64,000 nt of DNA from Octopus sinensis. Taxonomy: Eukaryota. Both the position numbers and the translations under genes were made by a program. Below are positions 26,093-38,870 of the stretch, one piece after another (positions within the stretch are counted from its first letter, which is position 1; each line of letters opens with the position of its first letter). Below the pieces are notes generated by a model that was not told where the DNA came from, ran no database searches, and was given only the letters and a program-made list of their open reading frames with translations. Where the stretch lies: assembly GCF_006345805.1 (NCBI RefSeq), contig NC_043015.1:9548001-9612000 (forward strand). The letters are read 5' to 3'.

Positions 26093-26829
26093 ATTTTCTT
26101 AATATTTTAAATATATTTTCGTAATATGTTTATTTTGTTTATAGCGTGACACTAATGTTGGTTTCACATTCTACCGCAAGGCCAACATTTTCACGTAGGG
26201 GTTAACTCGGTTACATTGGTTCTAGTGCTCTACTGGTACTTATTATAACGTCTCCGAAATGATGAATGACAACGTCGCCCCCACGGAATTTGAACTCATC
26301 ACATTTAAACGGGTAATATGCCGGTAAGTATTTTACTCGCTATAATACTAACATTATATATTAGTATAGAGTGGTGAGCAAACAGAATTGTTACAGCTAG
26401 TGGAAAAATGTTTGCGGCATTTCTTGTAAGTTTACGTCCAAATTTGAAGTGGTGCCGCGGTCGATTTGCCTGCCATTTCAAGACCGATAAATTAGAGCAC
26501 CACTTGAAAACTGGAGTCGATGTATTAGAGTTAAACCCTGCCCTAAACTTAGCAGACGTGTGCCAACAGTGAAATTGATATTGTATATTGATAAATGTGT
26601 GGATTTTAGAGAATGCCATAACATGTATTGCTTTATTTTGAGTGTAACTCTATCATGCATGTTGTAATCATTACTTTACTTTCGGAGTGTATATAACTAA
26701 CCAACAATCAGGTACCTTAGCTGTTTTAATTTGTGTTACTCTACATGCATGGTATTGTAAAATCATGGTATTTTTGATGTTACTGTTTTATTAAGTTATC
26801 AACCTTCTTATGAATTCACTAAACATCAA

Positions 26830-27350
26830 GGTAGTTTAGGATTCCGAACAAAGATACCTGGAATATAGAAAAATCACTATATTCGAGAAATTATTCTGTA
26901 TTCTAATATCATTATATTTCTTGCATATGATGTGCAACTTGTTCTACTAAAATTGCAGTGTACTGTATGTATAAGAAAACAAATAGCACTAATGAATTCA
27001 AAGTTCTCGTCTCGTGAATGTCACAATAAAATATTGATACATCAAAAGAGGTTTATAAAGAAACTATTTCAAAACGAATTAAAAAGGACACGAAAATTAA
27101 ACAAACACATAGATTCACAATCAGTGTCGGTGATATAACAATAATTAAAGTCTATATCGTCATAATTTACAAATGTGAGCAATCAGCAGGAACAACGATT
27201 CAAAACTAGTATATCAATTAATAAGATGAGCTCGTTTAGCATTAAAAGCGAAGATGCAAGATTTAGACATGAGCAAAATTACCAGAATCAAGATGCGTTG
27301 CCAAACCGTGCAGACTGGAAAATGTATCATAATTTCAAGATCACATCGAG
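26830..27350 (+). mobile_element. Possible PLE ORF N-terminal remnant
   Basis: Frame ...IFL...KFSSRE...HQKRFIKKLFQNELKR resembles the N-terminal region of PLE ORFs; recognition by eye only. Confidence 0.3.
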
Positions 27351-27354
27351 CATT

Positions 27355-27448
27355 TTGGAATTTCTATACCCTTCAACCTTCATCGGGTGTCTTGGTGGAA
27401 TTCGAACTTGGGTTCTCATTCGTAAGGTATATTTCGATGTTGTTGTTG

Positions 27449-27501
<53 letters not shown>

Positions 27502-27506
27502 GTTAA

Positions 27507-27559
<53 letters not shown>

Positions 27560-27620
27560 TCACTGCCTGGAATCCAACTCGGAATCTTGAGGTTAGTAGT
27601 CCGCACTCTTAACCACTAAG
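27355..27620 (-). mobile_element. Composite hammerhead-SINE, inverted copy truncated inside the hammerhead
   Basis: Reverse complement: TAGTGGTTAAGAGTGCGGACTACTAACC...GAGTTGGATTCCAGGCAGTGACCTG-(AAT)n-tail ending CCCGATGAAGGTTGAAGGGTATAG. Confidence 0.85.
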
Positions 27621-27796
27621 CGTAGTGATTAAGAGCGCGGGCTACTAACCCCAAGATTGCGAGTTCGATTCCAGGCAGTGACCCGATTAATAATAATAAT
27701 ACTAATAATAATAATAACAATAATAATAATAATAATAACAATAACAATAACAAAAATAACAATAATAATAATAATAACAATAATAACAACAACAAC

Positions 27797-27845
<49 letters not shown>

Positions 27846-28004
27846 TCGAAAAATACCTTAGGAATGAGAACTTTCCCCAAGACATCTGATGAAGGATGGT
27901 GGGTATATCAGCCGAAACGTTGTGCTAACAACAAGCAAGATGAAAACAAATATCCGTCAAATGTAAATAATGCACGTAATTCCTCATCTCTTAAATATAG
28001 AACA
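27621..28004 (+). mobile_element. Composite hammerhead-SINE, full copy
   Basis: CGTAGTGATTAAGAGCGCGGGCTACTAACCCCAAGATTGCGAGTTCGATTCC head, (AAT)n, full tail ending TCCTCATCTCTTAAATATAGAAC. Confidence 0.9.
27881..27926 (+). ncRNA. Minimal type I hammerhead motif
   Basis: CAT-CTGATGA-A-GGATG(gtgggtatat)CAGCC-GAAA-CGTT-GTG; core intact, one mismatch in helix II. Confidence 0.55.
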
Positions 28005-28019
28005 TTGTTAAATAAAAAG

Positions 28020-30440
28020 CGCACAAGTAAGTCCCTTGGAATGATTGAATATCTGACTTAGACTTCCTGGAAGAGCAAACGTGGGAGAGTAAAAATGTGG
28101 AGGGTGTAAGATCAACTCTCAGGAAGTCAAGCAAATGTGAGTCTATAGGAAAGGATAAAATTGCTAACATTTGGTTCAATGACATCCCTGAGAGTCATGG
28201 ACTGGTGACGGAAATTTAGAACAATGTTTTGCAGAAATCTAGTAGGATCTAGTTAATGGTATTAGATTTCTGCTTCCAAAAAATGAAGAAACAAATAAAA
28301 CACATATTCTTAGACTCATACACTGATTAACAACAATATATAAACTAATTGATTAAATACACAAATAGTTTTTTAATAGAAAATGGCATCTTAACAAATA
28401 AGCAAAAATGAGGTAAACCCAGGTCCTATGGTTGTAAAGGTCAGCTACTCATCAATAAGACGATCTTAGAAGATTATCACAAACAGCACAAGAAATTGTC
28501 GATAGCCTGGATAGAATATAAAAACGCTTTTGATAGTCTACCACATAGCTGGATTAAGAAATGTCTTGAAATGGAAAAAAATAGCACCAACTGTACGAAA
28601 CTTTTTGTTTGTAAGTATAAGATCACTGGGAACAAGACTGACTTTGAAAATGGACAATGAATCTCTCAATGCTGGAGATGTAAGAATTTCAAGTGGTATT
28701 TTCCAGGGTGACTCTCTGTCAAGATAACACTTTTTTTCTAATCTTCATGCCTCTCTGGAAATTGATCGATAATATAGAATCTAGCTATAAAAGGTTTGAT
28801 GAATATATAAATAATTTATTTTCTGTGGCTAATTTACAGCCCTTTGCAAAATATGACCAAAAACTACAGGGCGTACTAGCAATTGTTAAACAATTCAGTG
28901 GTGGCATTAGGATGCAATTTGGCCCAAAAAATGCCATAAAGGAGTTAGAACTAGCGGAGAGCTACAAATATTAAGGAGTATTTGAAGGTGCTACAATCTA
29001 ACATTCAGTGATGCGGGAAAGGATCAGGAAAGAATGTTATGGCAGGGTAAATGCATACTCAAGACGGGGCTGAATGGAAGAAACCAAGATTGAAGCGATC
29101 AATACTTTAGACATACCGGTTGTTATACACAGTTTCAAAATTGTTTACTTGTCAGTTACTGAAATATGTAGTCTCGACGGGAAAACAAGAAAGATGTTCT
29201 TAATGCATATAATGCACCCCCTTAAGGCAGATATAGAACGACTTTACCTGACAAAATTGAGGGTAGCCTTGAACGTTTACAACTAGAACTAACAATGAAG
29301 TTTGCCACGATTGGCCTAAACACCTACCTTAATAACTCTGATGACTGGCTGTGAAAATCTTTCTTACAGAATGGAGACATGTAAATATCATATTCAGTAA
29401 CATAAGAGACAAAACTTATCTACATGAATTCCAAATACAACAAATTGCAGAATTATTCGTACTGGAAACAAGTACAGAAAAAGCCAAGCGTATGAAAACT
29501 CGTGCTAAAAGTGCTACCTCATATATTCTTACTGATAAATAGCAGAGAAAAACCACTCAATCCAAATATCCAAAGAGAGCTGATAATACCAATGTTGTCA
29601 AAACCCTTACCCATCAGTGGTAAGTGTCTTAGGGACAGAAGGGTTTTCTCATAGAATCCCAAGAGGAATTCCTACCTATAAGGAGCTACCAGGCCAACAT
29701 AATAAATAACAGCAGTAGCCCAGCATGTCATGTATGAAAACAAGCATCGATCATGTTGTTTCTACGTGAAGCATTCTGGCGCCTAAAGAGTATTTCAACA
29801 TGCATGATAGAGCAGCACAATATATCCACTGGGTCGTTTACAAAACCGTGAACCTGAATATGATAACAATTGATGGGAACACAAACCACATCCAGTTCTT
29901 GAAAAGGATCACGTCCGACTCCTCTAGACTTCACCGTTCAAACTGACAGCAAGATAGATGTGAATAGGTCGGACATTATATTGGAGGACATCAGAGAAAA
30001 GTCATGCTTAATTTATCTCTCACGACCTAATAAAAATTGAGCAAGTATAAAAAACTTTATATAGAAATTGAAGTAATGTGGAACCTCAAGGCGAAAACAA
30101 TGCCTCTTGTCATATGTGCCTTAGGAATGATAGCAAAAGGGGCTGATAGCTACCTAGCTCTGATATTAGGAATTCAAAAAATGTCAGAAATGGAAAAAAG
30201 AAGGGCGCATGGGTACCGCCAATATCGTACCTAAAATACAGTCTATGTCATCTCAAATTTTGAAACAAACCTATAAGTTCCTCATGTTTTCTTAAACTTT
30301 CTCAAAAGCAATAGTTAGTGCAAAATCAAATATATGGCACCCTAATCATAACAGCGACTTGGACTTGTAACTTGATGTTACTTGAGGTCTTTGGGTGAGA
30401 CTTGGATTTAACTAGTACAAATGCAAAGTAAATGGCAAAG
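28020..30440 (+). mobile_element. Degenerate R4-clade-like non-LTR retrotransposon (RT + restriction-like endonuclease)
   Basis: Frames yield AWIEYKNAFDSLPHSWI, GIFQGDSLS, ESYKY, KIEAINTLDIPV, KADIERLY, HD-AAQYIHW, DFTVQTD...RSDII, SKYKKLYIEIEVMWNLKAKTMPLVICALG; many stops. Confidence 0.85.
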
Positions 30441-30529
30441 ATATCATAATATTAATGGTAATAACAGTTATAATAACAACAACAACAATAACATTAATAT
30501 AAGAAGAAGAAGAAGAAGAAGAAGTGCAT

Positions 30530-30860
30530 TCTAATCGATGTATCAATACCAACAAATGACAATATTTGTCTAAAGGGAGCGGAGGAGAATTTTCAAACTA
30601 CAAAGATCTGGAAATAGAAGTAACTCGAATATGAAGCCTAAAAGCAGAAACAATTCCTATCACAGTAGGCGCATTAGGTATGTGGAAAATCATTCTAACA
30701 AATACATAACAACATCAGGGCATCTAAGTATATATGTCATATAGAAAATAGCACTACTGGACACCGCACACGTCCTACGCAAAACACTTTCAATACAGTG
30801 AAAATAAATAACAACAAACCACAGCACGTACTCAGGGCACACAGAGTAGTGATGGACAGC
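30530..30860 (+). mobile_element. 3' fragment of a second R4-like element
   Basis: YKDLEIEVTRI-SLKAETIPITVGALG...KIALLDTAHVLRKTLSIQ* C-terminal motif. Confidence 0.8.
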
Positions 30861-31165
30861 AAGGCTCACCAATGGAGAGGTTCGTAAGCAGATAAGGCCG
30901 AAAATGTTACTAGAAGCTGGGATCACAAAGCGTAGATTGGCATATTTCGGTCATATTATGCGGAGAGAATCCCTGGAGAAGGATATCATGTTCGGAATGG
31001 TCAGTGGCAAGAGAGGAAGAGGCCGACCAAGAACCCTATCGCTTGACATCAGGAGTGATACCGGAATGGACATGGCCACTCTGAAGGAAGTGACCCAGGA
31101 TAGAACTGACTGTAGGACACTGATCCAACGAGTGACCGAGAGCCGACTTCGACTGAGCAGATAGA
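30860..31165 (+). mobile_element. RTE-clade LINE 3' fragment
   Basis: ORF 30904..31164 RLAYFGHIMRRESLEKDIMFGMVSGKRGRGRPR is the typical RTE C-terminus; followed by an (AAT)n tail. Confidence 0.85.
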
Positions 31166-31179
31166 GGGAGAGACTGAAT

Positions 31180-31204
31180 AATGATAATAATAAAAATGAT
31201 AATG

Positions 31205-31281
<77 letters not shown>

Positions 31282-31285
31282 ATAA
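31180..31285. repeat. (AAT)n(GAA)n microsatellite
   Basis: Direct reading. Confidence 0.95.
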
Positions 31286-32149
31286 ATGAGGAGGAAGAAG
31301 GGGAGGAAGAGGAGCGAAAGCAAAGACTCATTGAAGAAAATCAAAGAAAACAGAAGAGAAATAAACGAAGATGAAAAACAAATGATGAAATATTACTCCA
31401 ACTTTTTGAAGAAAAGCCAAAGAAGAAGAATATCAACAATAAGAAGATACTCAATGGATGAATATATTGTTCTCCTCTTAAAATTTACAAAAAGAGGAAA
31501 ATATTACTTGAGAAAATGATAGCGATTTTCTTCTATAGATGCATTGTAGTTTTCACTTTTGATTCAATTTCTTTTCCTTTTAATAAAAGTCACGGCAATG
31601 AAAAGGAAAAACGATTTTTTAAACTACAACATACACTATGAGAAAACTAAAAAAATGACAATATAGCTAACAACACAATACATAATTTAAAAAAATAAAA
31701 CACATTGAAATAAACAAGCAGTAGCACTGCAATTTATCTTGTTTAAGAGAGATATTTATTAGCAATTTTATGTGAGGTAATAATTTTTATTTAACCACTA
31801 ATGCTACATAAATCAAATCTATCCTGACTGTTACATTATTCTTTACTTGTTCATTCTTTGAATAAATGATGAGGTTTTGTCTGAAATTCACCTCCCCAAA
31901 ATGTCAAATTCAAACATTAACTAACAAGTTTGATCGACTTTGACGGATATTTTATTATTTATTCATTCCTTTCTCCCTTCATACTGGTTTCAAAAAGTAC
32001 ACCATCATTAGAATTTTTATATTTATTTTATATTTTAATAGTATTTCGTGGCGATCGTATATTTTTTCCGTTATAGTCTCTACTGCAATAAGAAAGAATA
32101 TTTTTCTTACATAGAAATAAAATTATTTCTATTTATACTTTTGCTTTAG

Positions 32150-32166
32150 ATATTATACATGCTGAG
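32150..32166 (+). CDS. Candidate 17-nt micro-exon
   Basis: Acceptor tttctatttatacttttgctttag, donor GAG|gtaatt; reads xIIHAE (phase 1 to 0) or ILYML (phase 0 to 2). Confidence 0.35.
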
Positions 32167-33211
32167 GTAATTGTACTGGTTGGTGAAGTGGAGTGCTCTA
32201 GATATAAACTACGAAATACGTGTCTGATGGTCTTCAGCTTATTCTTTACTTCCTGAAGTCCTATCTCCTTACGGCACACTTCAGTATTCTTCCGTCTGAC
32301 TAAATAATATAATTAATCCTCGTATGTTGCAAGTCGATAAATTTGCATTCAATACTTTCTTAGAAATCCTATTACAATTACACTTTTGAATTCATCATAG
32401 ATAATGAATTGTATTGGTTTTCCTTTATGTTTGCTTTGTTGTTTTCGCTCTGGGATAGTTATGATCATGAAGATATATGAACAAAAACTTTATCAGTTTC
32501 TTACTCATAATTCTTTTCTTTCAGCATTTTGTATTGAGGAACATATGATACATCCGAATTGTGTGTGAATTGTGGAAGGCTGTCGGCTATTCGTTATAGA
32601 TGTTTTGTTTAAGATAAAAACGTCATGATATTAACATTTTAGAAATCACTTGAAAACCCATCAGAGTGATGTTAGCAGAGTGTTTCTAAAATCTTACATC
32701 TACCTTATAATACAAACACATAATTATACGATGTTTGGGCCAGGGCTCCTATCTCTATAATCTACCAATAGGGTCGCTATCTCATGGGGATTTTGTTTCT
32801 GTACTGCAACGGATATTCTCTGTTGGAGTTTGTTATGTCGTATCAACTTCATCTGAGAAACTCTAGTCTACTATACATGGAAGAGCTAAAACGATATTAT
32901 TGAACAATTGTATTCTTTTTAAACGGAAAATATTGTGAACACAGTAATCCGTCGCCATATCACGGATCACCTATCGCGCACTCAATAAATTGTGATGTTC
33001 GTCTGGAACTCTTGACGTGGAGTGATCCGGTTGTGTTTTGAAAACGTTTACATCCATTTTGTGTAGCTCCCTCACGCTCTTTGGGAGAAATTTGCATACC
33101 GAAACAAAGCGTTTCCTGCGCCTATAACAATACTCATATGCTTTTGAATGACTATGACTTGGCAGAAAAATCCAATTTTAATATATATCAGGATAATAGA
33201 TGAATGAGATG

Positions 33212-34376
33212 TATGAGGAGGGGACGAAACATTAACAGGGTGGCACTGAATAACTGCATTGCGTCTGACTCCTCAAAGAAAACATCAAAATAACTGGTAG
33301 AGACATCTCTTGAAAATGGACATAATTTAGCATCGTAATCTTATTAAGTACCTGCACAAAGTGGTTTTAGTTACCAAGGACGTTCATGCTGACATAATCG
33401 CTACATTATTAAATAACACTCCAGTTTCATCAAAGATACAGAAGTTATCAGCTGAATTTAGTGAAGGAACTGGCAGTCATGAAGTTACTCGAAGTTCTGG
33501 ACATCCTGCAAGTATCACCACCGAGGAAATATCGATCGTTTTCACCACATAATCATGGATGACAGGTGATTGACAATAAATATAATGGCCATTGTTATTA
33601 TCATATTACAAGAGAAGGTAAAGTATAATCTCCACAATGAACAAGGTATGAAAAAGGTTTCTGCTCAGTAGGTGCCAGGTCTACTAGACTCTGTATAAAA
33701 CGCGCAACAGACTGGACATATAATGGGAAAATCTGACATTGCCTGAGGTTGATCCAGCTGGTGTCCCTCAATGTGTCCTCACCAGCGAATAATGAATATT
33801 TCACCACCTTGAGCAAGAGACAAAGAGACAATGCAGTAGACTCCACGTCCTCGCCTGCTCCAAATGAATCCAAGTTTGTTTCATATACAGGGAAGATGAT
33901 GACCTCAACTTTGAAGGATGATTCAAAGCATTGTATTTGGAAAATAGTCATTATGACCATCAACTGCAAATACGCTGAGGCCGTAACGAAAGGCTGACGA
34001 GACCCAACGTCTATGAAAACTGACGAATGACGTCTTGCTTCATCAGAAGAACACTCCACCACACAAATCATTTGTTTTAATGGGTGCTGTGTGTGATTGT
34101 GTCCTACAGCTAGTTGTTCACTCTCCACTTTTCTTTTGAATTGGGCCCGTCTGTAAAATAGAGTCGACTGGGAACCAGAAGCGCAGTGAGGATTACATCA
34201 TATCCATTGTCATGACTTTATTGATAACACAATGAATGTCTCTTCCCCAATGATATCCAAGTACTGCAACACCGATTGAGGAAGTGTGTGGACCGCAAGT
34301 GGGATTATGTTGAAAAATAAATCACATTCCTTCAGAGCATCTTGGCAGCCCGTGAGTTTTCCGGCCAAACCTTGTA
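33212..34376 (+). mobile_element. Degenerate mariner element
   Basis: Frames give HR-LIKYLHK...KDVHAD, RSSGHP, MKKVSAQ-VP (WVPRL-like), terminal GATTATGTTGAAAAATAA (DYVEK*); decayed TIR-like ends bounded by TA. Confidence 0.8.
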
Positions 34377-36256
34377 AAGTAACGCTTCATTCGTGTTAGT
34401 TATTTTGAGACGTATTCTTCACTTCGATCCTCATTGATTTATCAAACACGCTGCTGGTCATGTTACTCTTAATATTACATCTGATCAAAGATGTAAATTT
34501 CCTTCACGTCCACTTGGGAAAATCAATAAAGTCTATCAAATCTGAAAAGGTAAAATAATATTAAGTCATAAATACTGAACAGATACGTTAAAGAATCCAA
34601 TTATTTGCTTGCAAAACATTGTGAAAATGTCATGTGAATTTCAGGTCTTAGAAACTAGATACTAAAGTCAATATGTGAGTTTTGAAGCTCATTTTGAAAC
34701 CTAGAGCACACCGATTAAGCAACTAACAGAATTAGCTCTTCATGTATAATCTAGACTTCTTAAAGTGATATAAAGAGAGTAACTTTCTGAGGAATTACTG
34801 TATTTCAAATACTAAAGTTACTACTGTGTCCTCAGCTATGAAAGATATAATAGACACCTTGACATAGTAAGGTTGAAAACTAGAACCATCAAATCGCATT
34901 CAAACATCTTAGATAAGCGGCAAAAACATTTGTCACAGTTAACCTGAAGAAAGACTAGCTAGATACGAATGGATGTTTTTCAGATCAATAAAGATGGCAT
35001 ATGAAAGGATAACAATAAACGATCACCCGGAGAATAAACGAATCCTAACACACGCATGAGAAAATATATTTCATAAAATTCAAAATCCTTCTACTTAGTT
35101 TCAAATACATATTACAAAATTAAGGCGTTCTATTCAATAATGCTGAAAAACTAGTAAATATCAGTTGTGGAATATGCATCAGAGATACACGGATGGGCGA
35201 ATCAATTCCGACTAGTATGTCTAAATATAGTTCACACAAGTAACCATAATCTATCCGTTACATTTTTGTTAACTATCTGCTTCTCTGGTTGAATGACAAA
35301 GAGGAAAGACACTTCCAAGAATTGATATGCAAATACGATAATTTCTAGAATGTGATACACTTTCGACGACGTGCATTTTAAGATGGTTGGATAAGTATTT
35401 CCAAACTAGTTTTTAATCCGATCAGTGTACACTCGATATCGTGAATTTCGAGCAATTTACTTTCCATCTGTAGCATTTATTTGAATCGTAGTCTGAAAAG
35501 AATAAAAGCTATGCCAATAATAAATTTAACTGTAACATCAAAACAAAAAACTAGACAAACAGCATTAAGAAACGAATAGGGATTTCGAAGTATTATTGCG
35601 AAGAAAATCAAAGGTAATAAGATTAACAAATTTCATCTATTCAAAGAATAGGTCTAAATAACAAATCATTATATAATAAATACCTATTAAGTTTATGTGC
35701 TTCATCATATCCATTTCAAATTACACATGTAATTCGGAATTGTATTTATTCCTTTATATGACTATATATATTTATTCATGTATTCCCGCACTTATTCCTT
35801 TTCCAGTATTTGTATTCCTGTATTCATTCAGTCTCTTATATGTTTATGCATTTGAGTATCCTAGAAACTATATTCCACTTCTCTGCAGAGCTACATCGCG
35901 ATGTTATAACTTTTAGCTGAATATAGAATTTTAATTCTATTTCCTCAAATATCTCTTTCAAGTCTCGATGTACTATAAGCTTGAATATTATCTATTTCAG
36001 CTCATACGCAGAAGTTCAATTTGAATGGTTTTAGTGCAGCCACATTGATATCTGTCAGGAAAAAAACCCACTATTTATATAAAATTGGAAGCATTTGCAA
36101 ATATGTTTCATGAATACGTTATTAGGACACACAAATATATACATATGTGTGTACGTATACATGTATATATATATATATATATATAATATATATATATGTA
36201 TGTATATATACACGCATATATATATATATATATATATATATGTACGTATGAATACA

Positions 36257-36305
<49 letters not shown>

Positions 36306-36370
36306 ATAAAACGGTAAGATAACAAAAGAAAGAAAGAGACCTCAATATTACGTAAATAGAGGAAATTATC

Positions 36371-36693
36371 TATACAATATGTTACATTACTCGGTAGTCA
36401 AGATAAAACTCTGAGTTTCAGATGCCGAAGTGGAAATCCACAACACCATCTCTTGCTATCTTTCTTTCATAGAATAATCTATGTGATATGCGTCCATATT
36501 AGATTCTTTTGTTTGTGAGAGTCCTCAACCGATGTTAGGCGATAATCCCAAAAAGGTCGTATTAGCTCTTAGTTGAGAATAACGTCGTCCGGGAGGAGAA
36601 AAATAGCCAGATAACCGAAGAGATGGTGTTGTGGATTTCCACTTCGGCATCTGAAACTCAGAGTTTTATCTTGACTACCGAGTAATGTAACAT

Positions 36694-36701
<8 letters not shown>
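36371..36701. repeat. Perfect 84-bp inverted repeat with 163-bp spacer (PLE-terminus-like)
   Basis: 36371-36454 is the exact reverse complement of 36618-36701. Confidence 0.9.
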
Positions 36702-36755
<54 letters not shown>

Positions 36756-37084
36756 TCATATATATATATATATATATATAGTATATATGTATAAGTATAT
36801 ATTCATACACGAACAGTTTTTATGTAATTCTTTCATAAGTACATATTTATCGAAATTCGTTTTTAAACATTATTTTTGAATAATAAATATTATTAGAAGT
36901 TTGTGAAAAAACTGTGCGTAAAATTTCTTATGTTATTTGTTGCTCATGTTCTTTCATATTATTTAGCAATGCTGAAACAGATATTAAGTGAAGGATATGA
37001 TAGACTGTGTGTTCAGTGCAATATGTACTCATATAAATTTAATATATTTCTAAAAAGTGATAACGACTAATATTGTTACTATCT

Positions 37085-37085
37085 G

Positions 37086-37162
<77 letters not shown>
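37085..37162. repeat. (ACT)n microsatellite
   Basis: Direct reading. Confidence 0.95.
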
Positions 37163-37163
<1 letters not shown>

Positions 37164-37582
37164 AATTTAATTCTACTTCTCTCCATCTCTTCATAGAGAC
37201 TGAATATATTAAATTTGCATTAGTCTCCAGTATTCTATAAAATTAAGTTAACCGAAATACAAATTTCACACAGACCGTCGTTGTAATATTCGAATAATAA
37301 TTATGACAATTATCCCTATGAAACATGTGCAATTAACGGAGGGTAAACAGGATATGGAAAATAGCATGCCGTTTATACAATGAAAGGTACATATACAAAT
37401 ACGAGCAAAACGCCCCCCGTCCAATAGGCGGTGCTGTGTTGTCAAACATTTAAACCAAATTGTCTCAAAACAACTTGTCCTACCATTCCATAGGCCTCCC
37501 CTTTGAGAAACATTGATTTAACCTAAATTTGAGACAACAGCAAAAGCAGATGTTTAGCCCCCTGTGGGCAATAAATAAATGA

Positions 37583-37730
37583 GGAACGTTAGCACGCCGG
37601 GCGAAATGGTTGGCGATATTTCGTCTGCCGCTACGTTCTGAGTTAATATTCCGTCAAGGTCGACTTTGCCTTTCATCCTTTCGGGGTCGATTAAATAAGT
37701 ACCAGTTACGCACTGGGGTCGATAAAATCG
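37583..37730 (+). mobile_element. tRNA-derived SINE family C
   Basis: CGTTAGCACGCCGGGCGAAATG...TTCTGAGTT...GGTCGACTTTGCCTTTCATCCTTTCGGGGTCGAT; inverse copy at 56455-56632. Confidence 0.85.
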
Positions 37731-37860
37731 GATTACGTTTTGGCTGATATACCATGAGCCATGAAAATCACATTGAGGATACTCAATAAAGTAAAACCAT
37801 GGAAAGAAAGTAATTCAACTATTTAATTAATTAGAAAGTTAAAGAGATAATAGTTCTTAC

Positions 37861-37900
37861 CTGAAGGAACATGCAAAATCACAGTTTGCTAAACACAAAG
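37861..37900 (-). CDS. Candidate 40-nt exon
   Basis: Acceptor cttcactttctgcttcag, donor CAG|gtaaga; one open frame xLCLANCDFACSF. Confidence 0.25.
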
Positions 37901-38014
37901 CTGAAGCAGAAAGTGAAGCTTCAAAATTAGATGAAAAATAGATATAACAATAAAGATATTTGATAGAGGCTCATAGCCAAATATTTCATTGTATTGATTC
38001 ATGTATATCATGGT

Positions 38015-38115
38015 TTATCAGCAGAAACTTTGCGTTAACAACAAACAAGTTGAGGACAGATATGCGCGCAATGTAAATAATATACGTAATCCCTCATCTC
38101 TTAAATATAGAGCTG
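38015..38115 (+). mobile_element. 3' half of the hammerhead tail of the composite element
   Basis: TATCAGCAGAAACTTTGCGTTAACAACAAACAAG...TAATCCCTCATCTCTTAAATATAGAGCTG. Confidence 0.75.
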
Positions 38116-38870
38116 GAATAGCTAAATATTTCTCTAGCTCCCATATGTACGGTTCCATTTTCAACAGGCACTGCGTTAATGTGTCATTTTGCTGTGCCCC
38201 CAATATTAAGAGCATTCTATTTAGCACCCTTAAACCATAGGAAGTGGCAAGATGTTCATGCAGAGACCACAACAGATGCCAGGCGGGAGGCCACTGCGAA
38301 AGCAAAGGAGTTGTCTTGCAAACCGAAGTACTAGCAAACCCTGGCAATACCACCGGTTGAAGCAGTAGCAGTCGTAGACATGTTAACAGAACCAACAGCA
38401 CCGCCGCTGTCACCACAGTTATCAACATTAGCAACAATAGCAATAACAGCTATTAATAACACAATAATAGTAACAACAGTACCTTCACATAATCGACAGT
38501 GGCGAAACAATTACCGACGTCTAACCTAGCAGTTCCAGCAACAACAACAACAAAGTCGACGCCAGCGGTAACAACAACACAAGCAACAACACCAAGTACA
38601 GCACCGACATCTCACACCCATGGAGATACATAGGATGTTGCAGGAACCTTTCAAGCAACAGTTCTCCAACCAATGGCCCTCCTTCAGAGTTCCGGAAAGG
38701 AAATACGTAAGTAACATCACAGGCAAACTATGTCCCCATTTGTTACCATTGTGTAGTGAGGCATTTCCCCCTCGATATTTTTAAGAGACCAGAGCCAACA
38801 GATTTTTGGGTGTCTGACGAAACTAAACCATTTATGGATGGGAAACCTCAGTTAATCCTATAAACCACCC
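38116..38870 (+). mobile_element. Degenerate PLE endonuclease region (Cys motif + GIY-YIG) with low-complexity insert
   Basis: IFNRHCVNVSFCCAPNIKSI, RCSCRDHNRCQAGGHCESKGVVLQTEV, then WRYIGC and, after a frameshift, FKQQFSNQWPSFR. Confidence 0.7.

Noticed and set aside
27621-27685. Possible tRNA gene with anticodon ACT
   Set aside because: No acceptor stem can be formed and it runs straight into (AAT)n; it is a SINE head. No intact tRNA or rRNA gene was recognised in the window.
37843-37942. Plus-strand frame RDNSSYLKEHAKSQFAKHKAEAESEASKLDEK* resembling a coiled coil
   Set aside because: Bounded by stops with no good acceptor; it is the complement of a pyrimidine-rich minus-strand acceptor region.
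38500-38706. Thr-rich mucin-like 207-nt symmetric exon with one in-frame TAG, which tempted an A-to-I stop-recoding idea
   Set aside because: Other frames contain the PLE motifs WRYIG and FKQQFSN, so the region is a decayed GIY-YIG domain; the acceptor is weak and the gtaagt is incidental.
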